Part shown: one piece after another, positions 7,756 to 17,584 of the stretch
Position numbering within the stretch: position 1 is the first letter of the stretch
Layout: each line of letters opens with the position of its first letter
Source: an archaeon
GTDB lineage: Archaea; SpSt-1190; DYHY01
Length of the DNA stretch: 64,000 nucleotides
Assembly (NCBI GenBank): GCA_043803745.1
Contig: JAZDJS010000026.1
Coordinates: 1 to 64,000, forward strand
Direction of reading: 5' to 3'
Notes under the pieces: generated by a model
What the model was told of the DNA's origin: nothing
Seen by the model: only the letters and a program-made list of their open reading frames with translations
The model's database searches: none
Position numbers and translations under genes: made by a program

Positions 7756-9159
7756 ATGAAGAAAATCCTTTTCGCAGTTCCGCCCTCGGAAGCAAAGAGA
7801 AGCGCGCTAGAATATCCCCCGATTTACCCGCCCCTCGGAATACTCTATCTTGCCGCGGCAGTTAGGGCGCGGCTTGGCTGGGATGTTTTCGTCCTTGACG
7901 GGCAGAGGGAGAAGGATTTTTTCCGGAAGGTTTTGCGGACAGCCCCGGATTACATCGCCCTTTCCTTCCACACCTTCCACTCCGAGGATGCGAAAATCAC
8001 GGCAGGGAAAATACGCGCGCTACTGCCGGAGACAGTATTGATTGCCGGGGGAAACCACCCGACATATTTCCCGGCCGAGACCGCGCGGATTTTCGACTAT
8101 GTCGTCGTCGGGGAAGGGGAGGAAACACTCCCCGAACTCCTCGAAGCACTTGAAAAAAAAGGAAGGCTCTCCGAAATAAGGGGGCTTGCCTTCCGGAAAA
8201 GCGGAAGATTCTTCTTTGCCGGCAGGCGGCCTTTCAAGAGGAAAATCGACGAGCTCCCCCTCCCCGCCCGGGACCTTGTCGACTGCAAAAGCTATCCCGG
8301 TTTCTACTACCAGAAGAGAAAGCCGGACACGTCCGTGATTTCCTCCCGCGGCTGCCCTTACAAATGCACGTTCTGCTCGAAAACCTGGGGGAATTTCCAG
8401 AGGGCGCGCTCGCCAGGGAATTTCGCCGACGAGCTGGAATTGCTTTCGCAATCGGGAGTGCGCGAGATTTACGACTGGGCTGACGAGTTCAACCTTGTTC
8501 CGAAAAAATCGAGCCAGGTCCTCTCGGAGATAAGGGCGCGCAGGCTAGACCTGACATTCAAGGCGCAGTTCAGGGCCAACGGGCTTGGACGCGAATATGC
8601 GGAGGAGCTTGCGAAAACGGGGTTCTGGCTCGCCAACGTCGGGATAGAAAGCGCGAACGGCAGGACGCTTGCGGGAATAAGGAAAGGCGTCACAATCCCC
8701 CAGGTGCGCTCAGCCCTTCGGAACCTGAAACGGGCGGGACTGAAGACGCTCGGTTTCTTCATCGGGTTCAACATCTGGGAGGAGAACGGCTTGCTGAAAT
8801 TCGAAGGGGTTCGGGAGACTCGCCTTACGCTCAAATTAATCGAAAAACTCCTCAAGGAAAGGCTCCTAGACTATTTCACATTCTCCCTTCCAACTCCGTA
8901 TCCGGGTTCAGGTCTCTATTCGACCGCGAAAAGGCACGGGCTTCTTGCCGGAAACTACTCGGACGCGACATCCCACGAGATGATTGTGCGCCTTCCAGGG
9001 ATTTCCGGGGCTGAGATTGCTGCGGTCAAGCGGGAGGCGACTATTCTCCAGGCAGGAGCAGCGTTCTCCGCCGGTCGCCTCAATCCAGGCATCTGGAAAT
9101 TTTATTTAAGCAAGCTCGGGGAACAGCTCAAGCCGAAATTCGGAAGGAGAAAGAACTGA
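7756..9159 (+). CDS. cobalamin-binding radical SAM protein
   Basis: PPLGILYLAA, GGNHPT, GEGEET, SRGCPYKCTFC, GIESAN, PYPGS. Confidence 0.93.
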   Translation: MKKILFAVPPSEAKRSALEYPPIYPPLGILYLAAAVRARLGWDVFVLDGQREKDFFRKVLRTAPDYIALSFHTFHSEDAKITAGKIRALLPETVLIAGGNHPTYFPAETARIFDYVVVGEGEETLPELLEALEKKGRLSEIRGLAFRKSGRFFFAGRRPFKRKIDELPLPARDLVDCKSYPGFYYQKRKPDTSVISSRGCPYKCTFCSKTWGNFQRARSPGNFADELELLSQSGVREIYDWADEFNLVPKKSSQVLSEIRARRLDLTFKAQFRANGLGREYAEELAKTGFWLANVGIESANGRTLAGIRKGVTIPQVRSALRNLKRAGLKTLGFFIGFNIWEENGLLKFEGVRETRLTLKLIEKLLKERLLDYFTFSLPTPYPGSGLYSTAKRHGLLAGNYSDATSHEMIVRLPGISGAEIAAVKREATILQAGAAFSAGRLNPGIWKFYLSKLGEQLKPKFGRRKN

Positions 9160-9165
9160 CTGGAA

Positions 9166-10203
9166 ATGGCATGGATTCTCGAAATCGCCCTTTTGGCATC
9201 CCTGCTCCTTCTTGCAGCGGCCCTTTTCCGGAAATCCCCCGCAACCTTTGCCGCCGTTTCCGCAATAATCCTTCTTTTCTTCGCTCCGCGCCTTCTCTGG
9301 ACCGATTACCAAAGGACGTATGCAGGAAGCTTTCTTGGGCGAAAGGCTGTCGAGTTTTCCGAGAGCTTCCTAGGCTATTATCCCCTCGATTCCACGGACG
9401 AACAGGCAAGCTGGTTCTCTGACAACCGCGCCCAAGCCTTCCGGGATGACGGGATACATCTGGTTGGCGTGGGGAAAAATTGCCTCGCGCCTTCGGTCGT
9501 TTCCAGGGAACTTCCGCTCAATAGAATGCCCCTCACATTCCGCGCCTGCTCCGGGAAATCGGGCGGAGACGGAGCAAGCTTCTACTTCAGCGTCTGGCCG
9601 AAGAAGGTTTCGGAAATAATCAAGGTCCCCGAGAATTCCTGCATCTCGGTTTACATCAACAAGACAATGGGGTCCGGGTCGAAAATCTACTTTGCAAGCC
9701 TTCCCGAGGGGAACTGCGACGAGGAGGACATTGTCCTGAAGGCCTTCGTTGCCGGAGCTTTCGGGCGAGAGGTGTCCCTCGGCAGCAGCTTGGATTTCTC
9801 CGAAATCCGCATTTCCCAAACCTCCGATTCCTGCGGGATTTCCCTGCAAGGAGGAATCCAACTTTCCGGGTGCGGAGGCTGCAACGGGACGAACTGGGTC
9901 GAGTTTTCCCCCGCGCACTTCGAGAGGCCGGGGAACCTTTCATTCATTGCGTGCGGAGGGAACAGGTCCTCCAGCACACAAGTCCTCGTCGAAGCTTCCG
10001 GAGAAAAATACGCCTTTCCTCTAGACTTTCTTTCCTGCAGCGACTATTTCATCCCGGGAGAAATTGCAAGGGCGAACTTCACGCTCTCCGCTTCAGGAGC
10101 CGGCTGCGAAAGCGCCTCGGCGACAATACTGAGGCTCAGGTTCGTCCAACGGGGACCTGAAGGTTTGGAACGGCCGCTCTCGGCAAATACGGAGGCCGGC
10201 TGA
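9166..10203 (+). CDS. membrane-anchored protein with Cys-containing extracellular beta domains
   Basis: Two N-terminal TM segments followed by a Cys-rich beta-type region; operonic spacing. Confidence 0.65.
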   Translation: MAWILEIALLASLLLLAAALFRKSPATFAAVSAIILLFFAPRLLWTDYQRTYAGSFLGRKAVEFSESFLGYYPLDSTDEQASWFSDNRAQAFRDDGIHLVGVGKNCLAPSVVSRELPLNRMPLTFRACSGKSGGDGASFYFSVWPKKVSEIIKVPENSCISVYINKTMGSGSKIYFASLPEGNCDEEDIVLKAFVAGAFGREVSLGSSLDFSEIRISQTSDSCGISLQGGIQLSGCGGCNGTNWVEFSPAHFERPGNLSFIACGGNRSSSTQVLVEASGEKYAFPLDFLSCSDYFIPGEIARANFTLSASGAGCESASATILRLRFVQRGPEGLERPLSANTEAG

Positions 10204-10205
10204 TT

Positions 10206-12398
10206 TTGGCGGGACGGCTAATCATACTCGTCCCAATCCTTCTTTCCCTCCTGATTTTCGCCCTTGGCTACTTGTCAATTCCCGCGCTCGTTGCCGCTGC
10301 CGCAGCCTCGATTCTCCTTGTACGTTTCTCAAAAAAGGAGGCGCCGGTCCTCTATCCGACGCTGATTGCCGTTTTTTCAATCATTGTCCTGGCCTCCTCG
10401 GGAATTTTCGAGAATACAATCCCGACTTTCGCAGATCTTCCGTACCACTACTACCATTCCTGGGTCGTCGACAAGATTCTCCTCGGCGAGTTCTCGGGGC
10501 TTGAGGGATGGAACGGATATTTCCAGCTCGGGCACATGGAGTTCTACGATCTTCCGCCCTTCTTTTTCCTTCTGGTCGCTTTTCTGAAGCGTGCGGCGTT
10601 CGGGCTGCTTGAGCTCCACCAGGCGTTCCGGATTCTTGCGGCAATCGCGTTTGCTGCCGCGCCCCTTGCGCTGTATTTCTTCGCAAAAAAGCTGGGCTTT
10701 TCCGGAAGGACTGCCTTCCTTTCCGGAACGTTCTTCCTTCTTTCACGGCACCATGCGATTGAGAACGGACTTTTCGCGTCCTACCTTTCGGTTGCGCTCT
10801 GCCTCGCCTCCGGAATCCTGCTTCTCTCGGGAAAGGGAAAGTTGGCCGGGGCGTTTTCAGCCCTCTCTTTCATGTCGCACCCAACGGTGTTCATATTCAC
10901 CTTCCTCCTCGTCATTGTTTCGTCCGGATTCGGGCGGCTTATGAGGGAAAAGGCCGGCCTTGGAAAATTCCTGCTTGTCTTTTCCGCAGTTTCCCTTCCC
11001 TATCTGGTCCAGATCTTTTCCGGAAGAATCTATTCGATCAGCGCATGGTCGGCCCTGCCGGGGATTTTCCCCGCAATGTACGGAGCGGAGTCCTTCTTCA
11101 TCGAAATCCTGCGCCATCCCCATTTCCTTGTCGCGGGAAGCTTCCTCGTGCTTTCCATCTCCTCCCTAAACGGAGCGTCCAAGCGGACCGCAAGGGCGGC
11201 GACGTTCCTGTTCATAATAGGGGGGTTTTTCTCCCTTGTGAAACTCGCCGGAGTCAGTAACCCGGTTCTCAACGTTTTCGTCCCGGAAAGAATCGCGATT
11301 CCGCTCATCCTTTCGCTGTCAATTGCAACCGCCGCGTTTGCCGAAAGGTTCGTCGCCGGAACCTTCTCAGGAAACCCCCTGAAACGGATTGCCGCAACCC
11401 TTCCATTCATCTATGCGGCGTGCTTTTTCCTGTTCTATCTCGCGAGCTCCTGGAACTGCCCCTCCTGCACCGACCTCTTCGACAGGGTGAACTCCCCGCC
11501 GTTTTTCCCCGAGGAAGGGGTTTTCAAAAGCTGGTACGGGATTTCCCCGCACGCGGGGATTTTCTCATCGAATTCCGATCCAGCATTCTCCTCAGCAGTC
11601 GATTACCTCAGGAAGAACGAAGACAACAGCTCGAGGGTCCTTTTCGAGGATTCAAGCCGCCACACCTACGGGGGCTGGGTCATCCCGCTCCTTCCGATAA
11701 AGACCGGGCTTTCCTTCGTAGGGGGACCGATGGCTTCGATGAATCTCGACGGAGACAGGCCGATGAACTTCTATGACGGCAAACTCCTCGGGCGAGAAAT
11801 CTCGAACTATTCGACCGAGGAACTCCGGCAAATCCTTTACGACCTGAACGCCGGGACCGTATGCGTTTGGAACAAAGAGTCCAAAAGGGTCCTGTCGGCA
11901 TCGCCGCTTTTCGAGAAGGCGTTTGAAACGGGGAGAAACCAGAATGGACTTTCAATTTCAATCTACGCGATGAAGGGCGCCCGCAGGAATTTTGTCCTTC
12001 GCGGCGGCAGGGCGGTCAATTTCTCGAACAGCGCAATCACGATTGATGCGTCCGGAAAAGAGGACGTGATAGTTTCCTTGCGGTTCCACCCCGGATGGGT
12101 TGCACGGGATTCCGAGGGACGCTGGCTCGCGACAGGCAAGTCCTCCGACGGCCTCCTCCAAGTTGTCAGCCCGCCAAAAGGCGAGGTCAGTCTGGAATTC
12201 ACGCCTTCAGTGCCTTCAAGGGTTGCTCTTGCTGTCTCGATTCTCGGGACCGTATCAGTCGTCTTCATTGAGGCGTTCTGGCGCCCTGCCGCCGGAACCT
12301 CCGGAACCTCCGGAACCTCCGGAACCTCCGAAAAGGGAAGGAAACGAGCCCGGCAAAGCCGCCTGCGGTCCAGGAAATTGCGCGCGCGAAGGAAATGA
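10206..12398 (+). CDS. polytopic membrane protein, GT-C glycosyltransferase-like (PTPS-related/YfhO-like)
   Basis: DLPYHY..GWN..FQLGH..FYDLPP loop, >10 TM helices, HPT, RVLFED, C-terminal FHPGW motif and final TM. Confidence 0.7.
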   Translation: MAGRLIILVPILLSLLIFALGYLSIPALVAAAAASILLVRFSKKEAPVLYPTLIAVFSIIVLASSGIFENTIPTFADLPYHYYHSWVVDKILLGEFSGLEGWNGYFQLGHMEFYDLPPFFFLLVAFLKRAAFGLLELHQAFRILAAIAFAAAPLALYFFAKKLGFSGRTAFLSGTFFLLSRHHAIENGLFASYLSVALCLASGILLLSGKGKLAGAFSALSFMSHPTVFIFTFLLVIVSSGFGRLMREKAGLGKFLLVFSAVSLPYLVQIFSGRIYSISAWSALPGIFPAMYGAESFFIEILRHPHFLVAGSFLVLSISSLNGASKRTARAATFLFIIGGFFSLVKLAGVSNPVLNVFVPERIAIPLILSLSIATAAFAERFVAGTFSGNPLKRIAATLPFIYAACFFLFYLASSWNCPSCTDLFDRVNSPPFFPEEGVFKSWYGISPHAGIFSSNSDPAFSSAVDYLRKNEDNSSRVLFEDSSRHTYGGWVIPLLPIKTGLSFVGGPMASMNLDGDRPMNFYDGKLLGREISNYSTEELRQILYDLNAGTVCVWNKESKRVLSASPLFEKAFETGRNQNGLSISIYAMKGARRNFVLRGGRAVNFSNSAITIDASGKEDVIVSLRFHPGWVARDSEGRWLATGKSSDGLLQVVSPPKGEVSLEFTPSVPSRVALAVSILGTVSVVFIEAFWRPAAGTSGTSGTSGTSEKGRKRARQSRLRSRKLRARRK

Positions 12399-13287
12399 GG
12401 AAGAAGACTGGCTTGGAAATTCCGCGAGCTTCAAGAGATCTTGCCGCAAGCAACGCAACAAGCAGCGAGAGGACCGCTGCCGAGAGAAACAAGCTGAACG
12501 GAAGTAGGACGGCTGCCGCCGAAAGGAGAACTGGCTGTGCAAGATATCCGGCGCCCGGATGGGAAATGCTCGTTTTCGAAAAACCCTCGCCCGAAAGGAA
12601 AATCTCGCCGTGGCTTTTTCCGTATTTGAAGGCTTCCGAGAGAAGATTGCCAAGCGAATAGTCCTTCATGTGTCTGACCCGCAGGCCGGGCTCATACCAC
12701 ATCCGCTTGCCGGCGTTCCTGAGTTTCATTGAAATTTCCGTGTCGGTGCCGGTTCCCGAAAGCTCGTCGAACCCCCCGATCCCGGAAAAGTCCTCCGTCC
12801 GTATCAGGAGGTTGTTCGTGTCAAGCCAGAAGGTTTCCCCCCGCTTTCCGAGCCGGATTTCCCAGTCCGCCCGCGCAAAGGAATTGACCGCTCCGGGATA
12901 TTTCTCAAAGGGGTCGCTCCCTCCGACAGCCGAGAATCCCTCGGGGAGCGCTCCGGCAATCCTCGCAAGCCAGTCCCTTTCCGGCAGGCAGTCCGGGTCA
13001 ATGAACGCAAGGAACCGGAACTTCTTTCCGGCAAGAAGCCCGAGCCCGTAGTTGCGCAGGCCTTGGACGTTCGTCTTCCCAGTCCGGATAGCCTTCACCC
13101 TGCGGAAGCTTCCGCAGGTTCTCAGGGCGGGTTCGTCAGCGTCTCTGTCAAGAAGCGCGAAAACCGAATAGCGGAGTTTCCCCCCAGTTCCCTGGCGCGA
13201 GAGCGCGCCAAGACATTTCCGGAGGCGGGCATCGCCCCGGTAAACCGGAACGAGGACGGCAACAGATTCCTTCCGACTTTGTGTCAT
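12265..13287 (-). CDS. GT2 family glycosyltransferase with C-terminal TM segments
   Basis: VAVLVPVY, RNYGL, FIDPDC (DxD), GGFDE..GTD.E; start reassigned to ATG 13287. Confidence 0.88.
   Translation of the reverse strand: MTQSRKESVAVLVPVYRGDARLRKCLGALSRQGTGGKLRYSVFALLDRDADEPALRTCGSFRRVKAIRTGKTNVQGLRNYGLGLLAGKKFRFLAFIDPDCLPERDWLARIAGALPEGFSAVGGSDPFEKYPGAVNSFARADWEIRLGKRGETFWLDTNNLLIRTEDFSGIGGFDELSGTGTDTEISMKLRNAGKRMWYEPGLRVRHMKDYSLGNLLSEAFKYGKSHGEIFLSGEGFSKTSISHPGAGYLAQPVLLSAAAVLLPFSLFLSAAVLSLLVALLAARSLEARGISKPVFFLISFARAISWTAGGFAGLVSFPFRRFRRFRRFRRFRRQGARTPQ
12292..12330. repeat. 4.3 x 9-nt tandem repeat (ccggaacct) in the overlapping 3' ends of two convergent genes
   Basis: ccggaacct x4 + ccg; reads GTS on + and FRR on -. 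Confidence 0.9.
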
Positions 13288-13343
13288 CAAGTCTCCCTTC
13301 CGGCGCATCCCGCGGAAACTGCACAGTTCCTTATTAAGAATTA

Positions 13344-13715
13344 TCAAAGGTAGCTTTTTCCCGGGTCGGTTTCCCGCTTCGTGATTTCCCTCTGGTAGTC
13401 TGGGGGATAAATCTCGACTATCTCGAACTTTCCCCTCGTATGGGGCGTCCCGTCCTTCTGGTAGATTGTCTGCTCCAAAACCCGCGCATGCCCCCAGTAA
13501 AGCCATTTCCCTCCGATGTTCTCGACGAGGAAAACCCACAAAGGGGGAACCTTGTACACGCGCGCGAGCGGCTTGTCCCTGAAATCGAAAACGCGCCCCC
13601 GGAATTCCTCAGCGGCAAGGGGACTTTTCAGATGCGTTTCAAGCGAAAGTTCCGGCGGGAAACCCTGCTCCTTCGTCAGCTGAAGTGTGTCGTTAATCTC
13701 AATCAAGCTGCCCAT
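13344..13715 (-). CDS. conserved-looking hypothetical protein (MGSLIEINDTLQLT...)
   Basis: ATG at 13715 sits ~27 nt from the TATA at 13741; globular beta-rich sequence. Confidence 0.65.
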   Translation of the reverse strand: MGSLIEINDTLQLTKEQGFPPELSLETHLKSPLAAEEFRGRVFDFRDKPLARVYKVPPLWVFLVENIGGKWLYWGHARVLEQTIYQKDGTPHTRGKFEIVEIYPPDYQREITKRETDPGKSYL

Positions 13716-13770
13716 TTCACCCCAAATTAGCGGGGAACGTTTTTTAAACACTTGGATGGGGAGGTGTTTC

Positions 13771-15411
13771 GTGTCAGAGCCTGAGATCGACCGGGCCCCC
13801 TCCGGGGAACTTCCCGAGGAACTCTCCGAGGCGCGCCCAGGGGAAACCTCCAAAAAGCCCCGAAGATGGAGAACCCTTTTCCACGGGGGCGTTGCCTTCC
13901 CTCCCAAGTACCGGTTTCGCGGCTTCTTGACCAAGCTCCGAGGCAAGCAGTTCACGCTCTCTCCAATCCAGGAGGAAATGCTCTGGGCAATCGCGAGGAA
14001 AACCGGGACGCCCTACCTTTCCGACCCGGTGTTCGTCGAGAATTTCATTGGAGATTTCCGCAGGCAGCTTCCGAAGGAGTTCATTGACCTGACTTTCCAG
14101 GAAATCGACCTTTCCGAAATCAGGCGTGCCCAGGAAGAGGAGCGCGCCAAGCGAGAGGCAATGACACTGGATGAAAAGAAGCTCCTTGCCAAGAGAAGGA
14201 AGGCTGACCGCGAAAAGCTGAGGGCGGCGTTCGGATTCGCAGAGGTCGACGGGAAGACTGTCGAGCGCGCCGGCTATGTCGCCGAACCGGCCGGGCTTTT
14301 CATGGGCCGGGGCGCGCATCCGCACAGGGGGAAATGGAAGGAGCAAGCCTCCGAAGAGGAAATGATACTGAATCTCGGGGAAAGCGCGCCAGTTCCCCCA
14401 GGAAAGTGGAAGGCGATTGTCCACGACCACACATCAACCTGGCTCGCGTCCTGGACAGACCGGCTTTCCGGGAAGACGAAATATCTGTGGCTTTCCGATC
14501 TTTCCGAAATCCGCCAGGAGAACGACATAAGGAAATATGACAAGGCTGAACTCCTTGCCGGCAAGATTTCCAAGGTCAGAAAGGAAATCACAAAAGGGCT
14601 TGCATCAAGAAACATCCAGACACAGAAACTTGCGCTTGTCGCATACCTGATTGACCGGCTTGCGATGCGTGTCGGGGATGAGAAGGACAAGGACGAGGCC
14701 GACACGGTCGGGGCAAGCACCCTCCGCGCCGAGCACGTCAAGACGGACGACAAGAAAATGCTGTTCGATTTCCTCGGCAAGGATTCTGTCAGGTGGCAGA
14801 AGGAAATAACCGCCGAGACTCCCGAGGATTCGGCCGCCCTCGGATATTTCAGGGAAACCCTTCCGAAGAAGAAGGTGGGCGAACTCCTTTTCGAGGGCGT
14901 GACTTCCTCAAAGGTTAATGAATTCCTTTCCTCATGCGCGTCCGGGCTTTCGGCGAAGGTTTTCAGGACGTTCCATGCAACCAGAACCGTCGAGTTATTT
15001 CTCCTAAAGGCTCCGGCGGAAAAGCAGGCCCCGGAATACGAAAAAGTTTACTGGGGAAAGCTCGCGAACCTCGAGGCTGCAAAGGTCTGCAACCACAAAA
15101 GGACCCCTCCGGCCGGCTGGGAGGAATCCCTCAGAAAAAAAGAGGAGAAGCTCAAGGAACTGGAGGCCTCCGGCAAAGAAGCGGAGAAGATAGGAAAATC
15201 CAAGAGGGAAATCGAGCTTGCAATTTCCGTCCGCGACTATAACCTGAACACGTCCCTTCGGAACTACATCGACCCCAGGGTTTATGCTAAATGGGCAAGG
15301 AGAGTCGGGGTTGATGCGAGGAAGATTTACCCGACATCCCTGCAGAAGAAGTTCTCCTGGCTGCCGGAAATCAAACCTGCCGAGAGGAAAACCGGGAAGA
15401 AATCAAATTAG
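13771..15411 (+). CDS. top1: DNA topoisomerase IB, eukaryote-like long form
   Basis: WRTLFHGGVAFPP, EPAGLFMGRGAHP..GKWK, WLASW, catalytic MRVG, GKDS, KVFRT, CNH, NYIDPR; GTG start after GGAGGTG. Confidence 0.95.
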   Translation: MSEPEIDRAPSGELPEELSEARPGETSKKPRRWRTLFHGGVAFPPKYRFRGFLTKLRGKQFTLSPIQEEMLWAIARKTGTPYLSDPVFVENFIGDFRRQLPKEFIDLTFQEIDLSEIRRAQEEERAKREAMTLDEKKLLAKRRKADREKLRAAFGFAEVDGKTVERAGYVAEPAGLFMGRGAHPHRGKWKEQASEEEMILNLGESAPVPPGKWKAIVHDHTSTWLASWTDRLSGKTKYLWLSDLSEIRQENDIRKYDKAELLAGKISKVRKEITKGLASRNIQTQKLALVAYLIDRLAMRVGDEKDKDEADTVGASTLRAEHVKTDDKKMLFDFLGKDSVRWQKEITAETPEDSAALGYFRETLPKKKVGELLFEGVTSSKVNEFLSSCASGLSAKVFRTFHATRTVELFLLKAPAEKQAPEYEKVYWGKLANLEAAKVCNHKRTPPAGWEESLRKKEEKLKELEASGKEAEKIGKSKREIELAISVRDYNLNTSLRNYIDPRVYAKWARRVGVDARKIYPTSLQKKFSWLPEIKPAERKTGKKSN

Positions 15412-16119
15412 CGAGAATCCGCTGCCCGCGTAGACTTTCAGGAGCCTTCCAGACTGTCCCCGCGAGAAAACCCAAGCTCCCCGGCCCCTTTTCGCCGAAA
15501 GGACCGAGAAGTTCCTCCCGTCGACAGTTTCCAGGGCGGCGCAGTCTTCAATTCCGACGACAAATTCGGCTTTCCTGACAAGCTTGCCCGCCGCCCGCTC
15601 CCTCCAGGCCCGCTCCCGGAAATGGTGCGGGCTTATGCCGAAAGGAAGGAAGCCGAGGCCTTTCACGCGCATCGCCTTCTGGGACGGTTTTGTCCAGAAC
15701 CTCCTGGAATCGCTCGTTCCGAAGCGGGCCCAGCAGAGCGCCCCTGCCGAAATCCCGGAAAGAACCGTTCCGCGCCCTCCTGCAGTCCGCAGGAGTTCCC
15801 CGACCCCGAATCTTTTCCAGAGCCGCAGCATCCGCAAGGTGTTCCCCCCGCCGACGTAAATTATGTCGGAGGAAAGAATCTTCCTCTTGATTTTCGCGCG
15901 GTCCCGGTCATCCGAACAAAGGCGCAGGTGCGCAACCATGCAGCCGAGCTTTGAGAAGCGGGCTTCCACCGCGTTGCAGTAGCCGGGAGAATCCCCGCTG
16001 GCAGTTGGTATGAACAAGAGCCGAGGCGCCCTCTTTCCAGAAAGACGAACGATTTCCCTTTCAATCCGCCCGGTTTCTCCGAGGGAAATCTCCCCGCCGC
16101 CAATCGCCACAATCTTCAT
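15403..16119 (-). CDS. peptidase E / S51 family (class I glutamine amidotransferase-like)
   Basis: IVAIGGG, LFIPTASGD, IYVGGGNT, GISAGA, PHH. Confidence 0.9.
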   Translation of the reverse strand: MKIVAIGGGEISLGETGRIEREIVRLSGKRAPRLLFIPTASGDSPGYCNAVEARFSKLGCMVAHLRLCSDDRDRAKIKRKILSSDIIYVGGGNTLRMLRLWKRFGVGELLRTAGGRGTVLSGISAGALCWARFGTSDSRRFWTKPSQKAMRVKGLGFLPFGISPHHFRERAWRERAAGKLVRKAEFVVGIEDCAALETVDGRNFSVLSAKRGRGAWVFSRGQSGRLLKVYAGSGFSLI

Positions 16120-16313
16120 TTCGAGCGCAAAAAGCCAAGCACGAGAAGCCCGATTCCGACCGCGCTTACGGCAAGCTTCGTAAGAAAATCAGTCCCAAGC
16201 CCGCCAATCCAGGGAAGGAGTATCAAGCCCCCGCCGATTGCCATCGCAAGGACCGGGAAGGAGAACGGGCCCGATTTTCTCAGCTGCGCCTGCCGGGTTT
16301 GCTCTTCAGCCAT
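16116..16313 (-). CDS. small two-TM membrane protein
   Basis: 65 aa with two hydrophobic helices; coupled to the peptidase E gene. Confidence 0.6.
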   Translation of the reverse strand: MAEEQTRQAQLRKSGPFSFPVLAMAIGGGLILLPWIGGLGTDFLTKLAVSAVGIGLLVLGFLRSK

Positions 16314-16335
16314 TTTCTTTCGTTTTCCCCCCCTC

Positions 16336-17127
16336 TTACTCGCTTTCAATCCTCGGCGCAAGGACATACTTGAGCTGGAGCTTGTCAGTCACCGAATACT
16401 CGACCTGTATCGGGAAATCCGACTTGAACTGGATTTTCGCGGTTTCGGAAAGCTTCCCGCCCTTGACAATCTTCTTCAGATAATCCACCGCATAGCGCGC
16501 CTTTGCCGGAGCAGTCACCTGCAGCTCGACAAGCGCAGTGTCCACCCCCTTCTCAAGCTCCGTTATTGCCTTGCCGGTTTCCCCGGAAGCTTCGATAGAG
16601 AACTTGCCCGAGTCCGCGAGGAAGATGACCGAATCTGAAAAGACCTCCGCGTCGGAAATCGCCTGGGAAAGCGCGGTGCTTTTCACGACAACGGTTGCCT
16701 CGAAGTTTATTGTCGGGGGCTTCCGTCCCTCGGAAGGGTTGTCGAGGAGGGGGATGTTGAACCTCCTTGTGCTCAGCGCGCTCTTGAAAACAAAGGAAAG
16801 GTTCGAGGCTTCGTCCCCGCCGAAGCGGATTGTGACCGCATCGCCCGAGTCCGCCTGCTTGACCACCTGCATCAGGCGTTCCATGTCAACGCCTATTGTC
16901 CTCTCTTCAGAGAGCTTGTAATCCTCGAAAGCAGTCACGAGCAGGCGAAAGGTCACCATTGAGACGTTCGCAGCATCCATTGCTGAAAGGAAAAGCCCGT
17001 CCTTCGTCAGCTTGAATGAGACATCCTCCTTCACAATCTCATATACGGCAGAAATAGCATCCTTGAGTATGCCCGCCCCGGCAAGCTTTGCTTCGAAAGA
17101 GGCTTTAATAGTTCCCTCACTAGCCAT
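16336..17127 (-). CDS. pcn: PCNA sliding clamp
   Basis: AMDAANVSMV, ARYAVDYL, YVLAPRIE. Confidence 0.96.
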   Translation of the reverse strand: MASEGTIKASFEAKLAGAGILKDAISAVYEIVKEDVSFKLTKDGLFLSAMDAANVSMVTFRLLVTAFEDYKLSEERTIGVDMERLMQVVKQADSGDAVTIRFGGDEASNLSFVFKSALSTRRFNIPLLDNPSEGRKPPTINFEATVVVKSTALSQAISDAEVFSDSVIFLADSGKFSIEASGETGKAITELEKGVDTALVELQVTAPAKARYAVDYLKKIVKGGKLSETAKIQFKSDFPIQVEYSVTDKLQLKYVLAPRIESE

Positions 17128-17533
17128 GTTTCGCAAGGATTCCCTCCGCCCTTTTTATTAGTTCACCGGAAAGCCCGCGTTCCGCCGCAGACTTCAAGAT
17201 TATCTCCCCGTTTATGTCGAACTTCGACGGTCCTTGGGGGACCACAAGGCCCGACACAAGAACCTGTTCGCCCTCCCGGTAATTCTTCTCGATTTCGTCC
17301 ACAACGTCGAGATTGTCGAAGAAAACCTCCGCCCTGCCGGTTCCGTCGGAAAGCGTGAGGGCGCCGTTTAGCCCCTTTTTCTCTATCTTCCCGGAAAGCC
17401 TCACACGCCGGTCGGCTCCGGAAATCTCGGAAATCTTCCTGGGAATTGCAGGATTCCTTCGTTTCAGAAGACCTTCTCCTCCCTCGGTCTGGCCCCCTTC
17501 AACGGGGGGCGCACTTCCAAAAGCATCGGCCAC
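17120..17533 (-). CDS. single OB-fold protein, RPA14/RPA3-like
   Basis: RRNPAIPRKISEI..D.RVRLSG....LSDGTG...G..V.V.G, resembling the Thermococcales RPA14 pattern. Confidence 0.75.
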   Translation of the reverse strand: MADAFGSAPPVEGGQTEGGEGLLKRRNPAIPRKISEISGADRRVRLSGKIEKKGLNGALTLSDGTGRAEVFFDNLDVVDEIEKNYREGEQVLVSGLVVPQGPSKFDINGEIILKSAAERGLSGELIKRAEGILAKHG

Positions 17534-17584
17534 GGGGCGAGAACCCCGGTAAAGTTTAAAACAATTGCCCTCCCACCAACCCCC

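Noticed and set aside
13288-13955. ORF-track N-terminal extensions of the GT2, the hypothetical protein and TopIB
   Set aside because: The extensions overlap neighbouring genes; downstream starts fit TATA/RBS spacing and domain boundaries. The same applies to the TFS, signal peptidase, GTPase and Tes-like ORFs.
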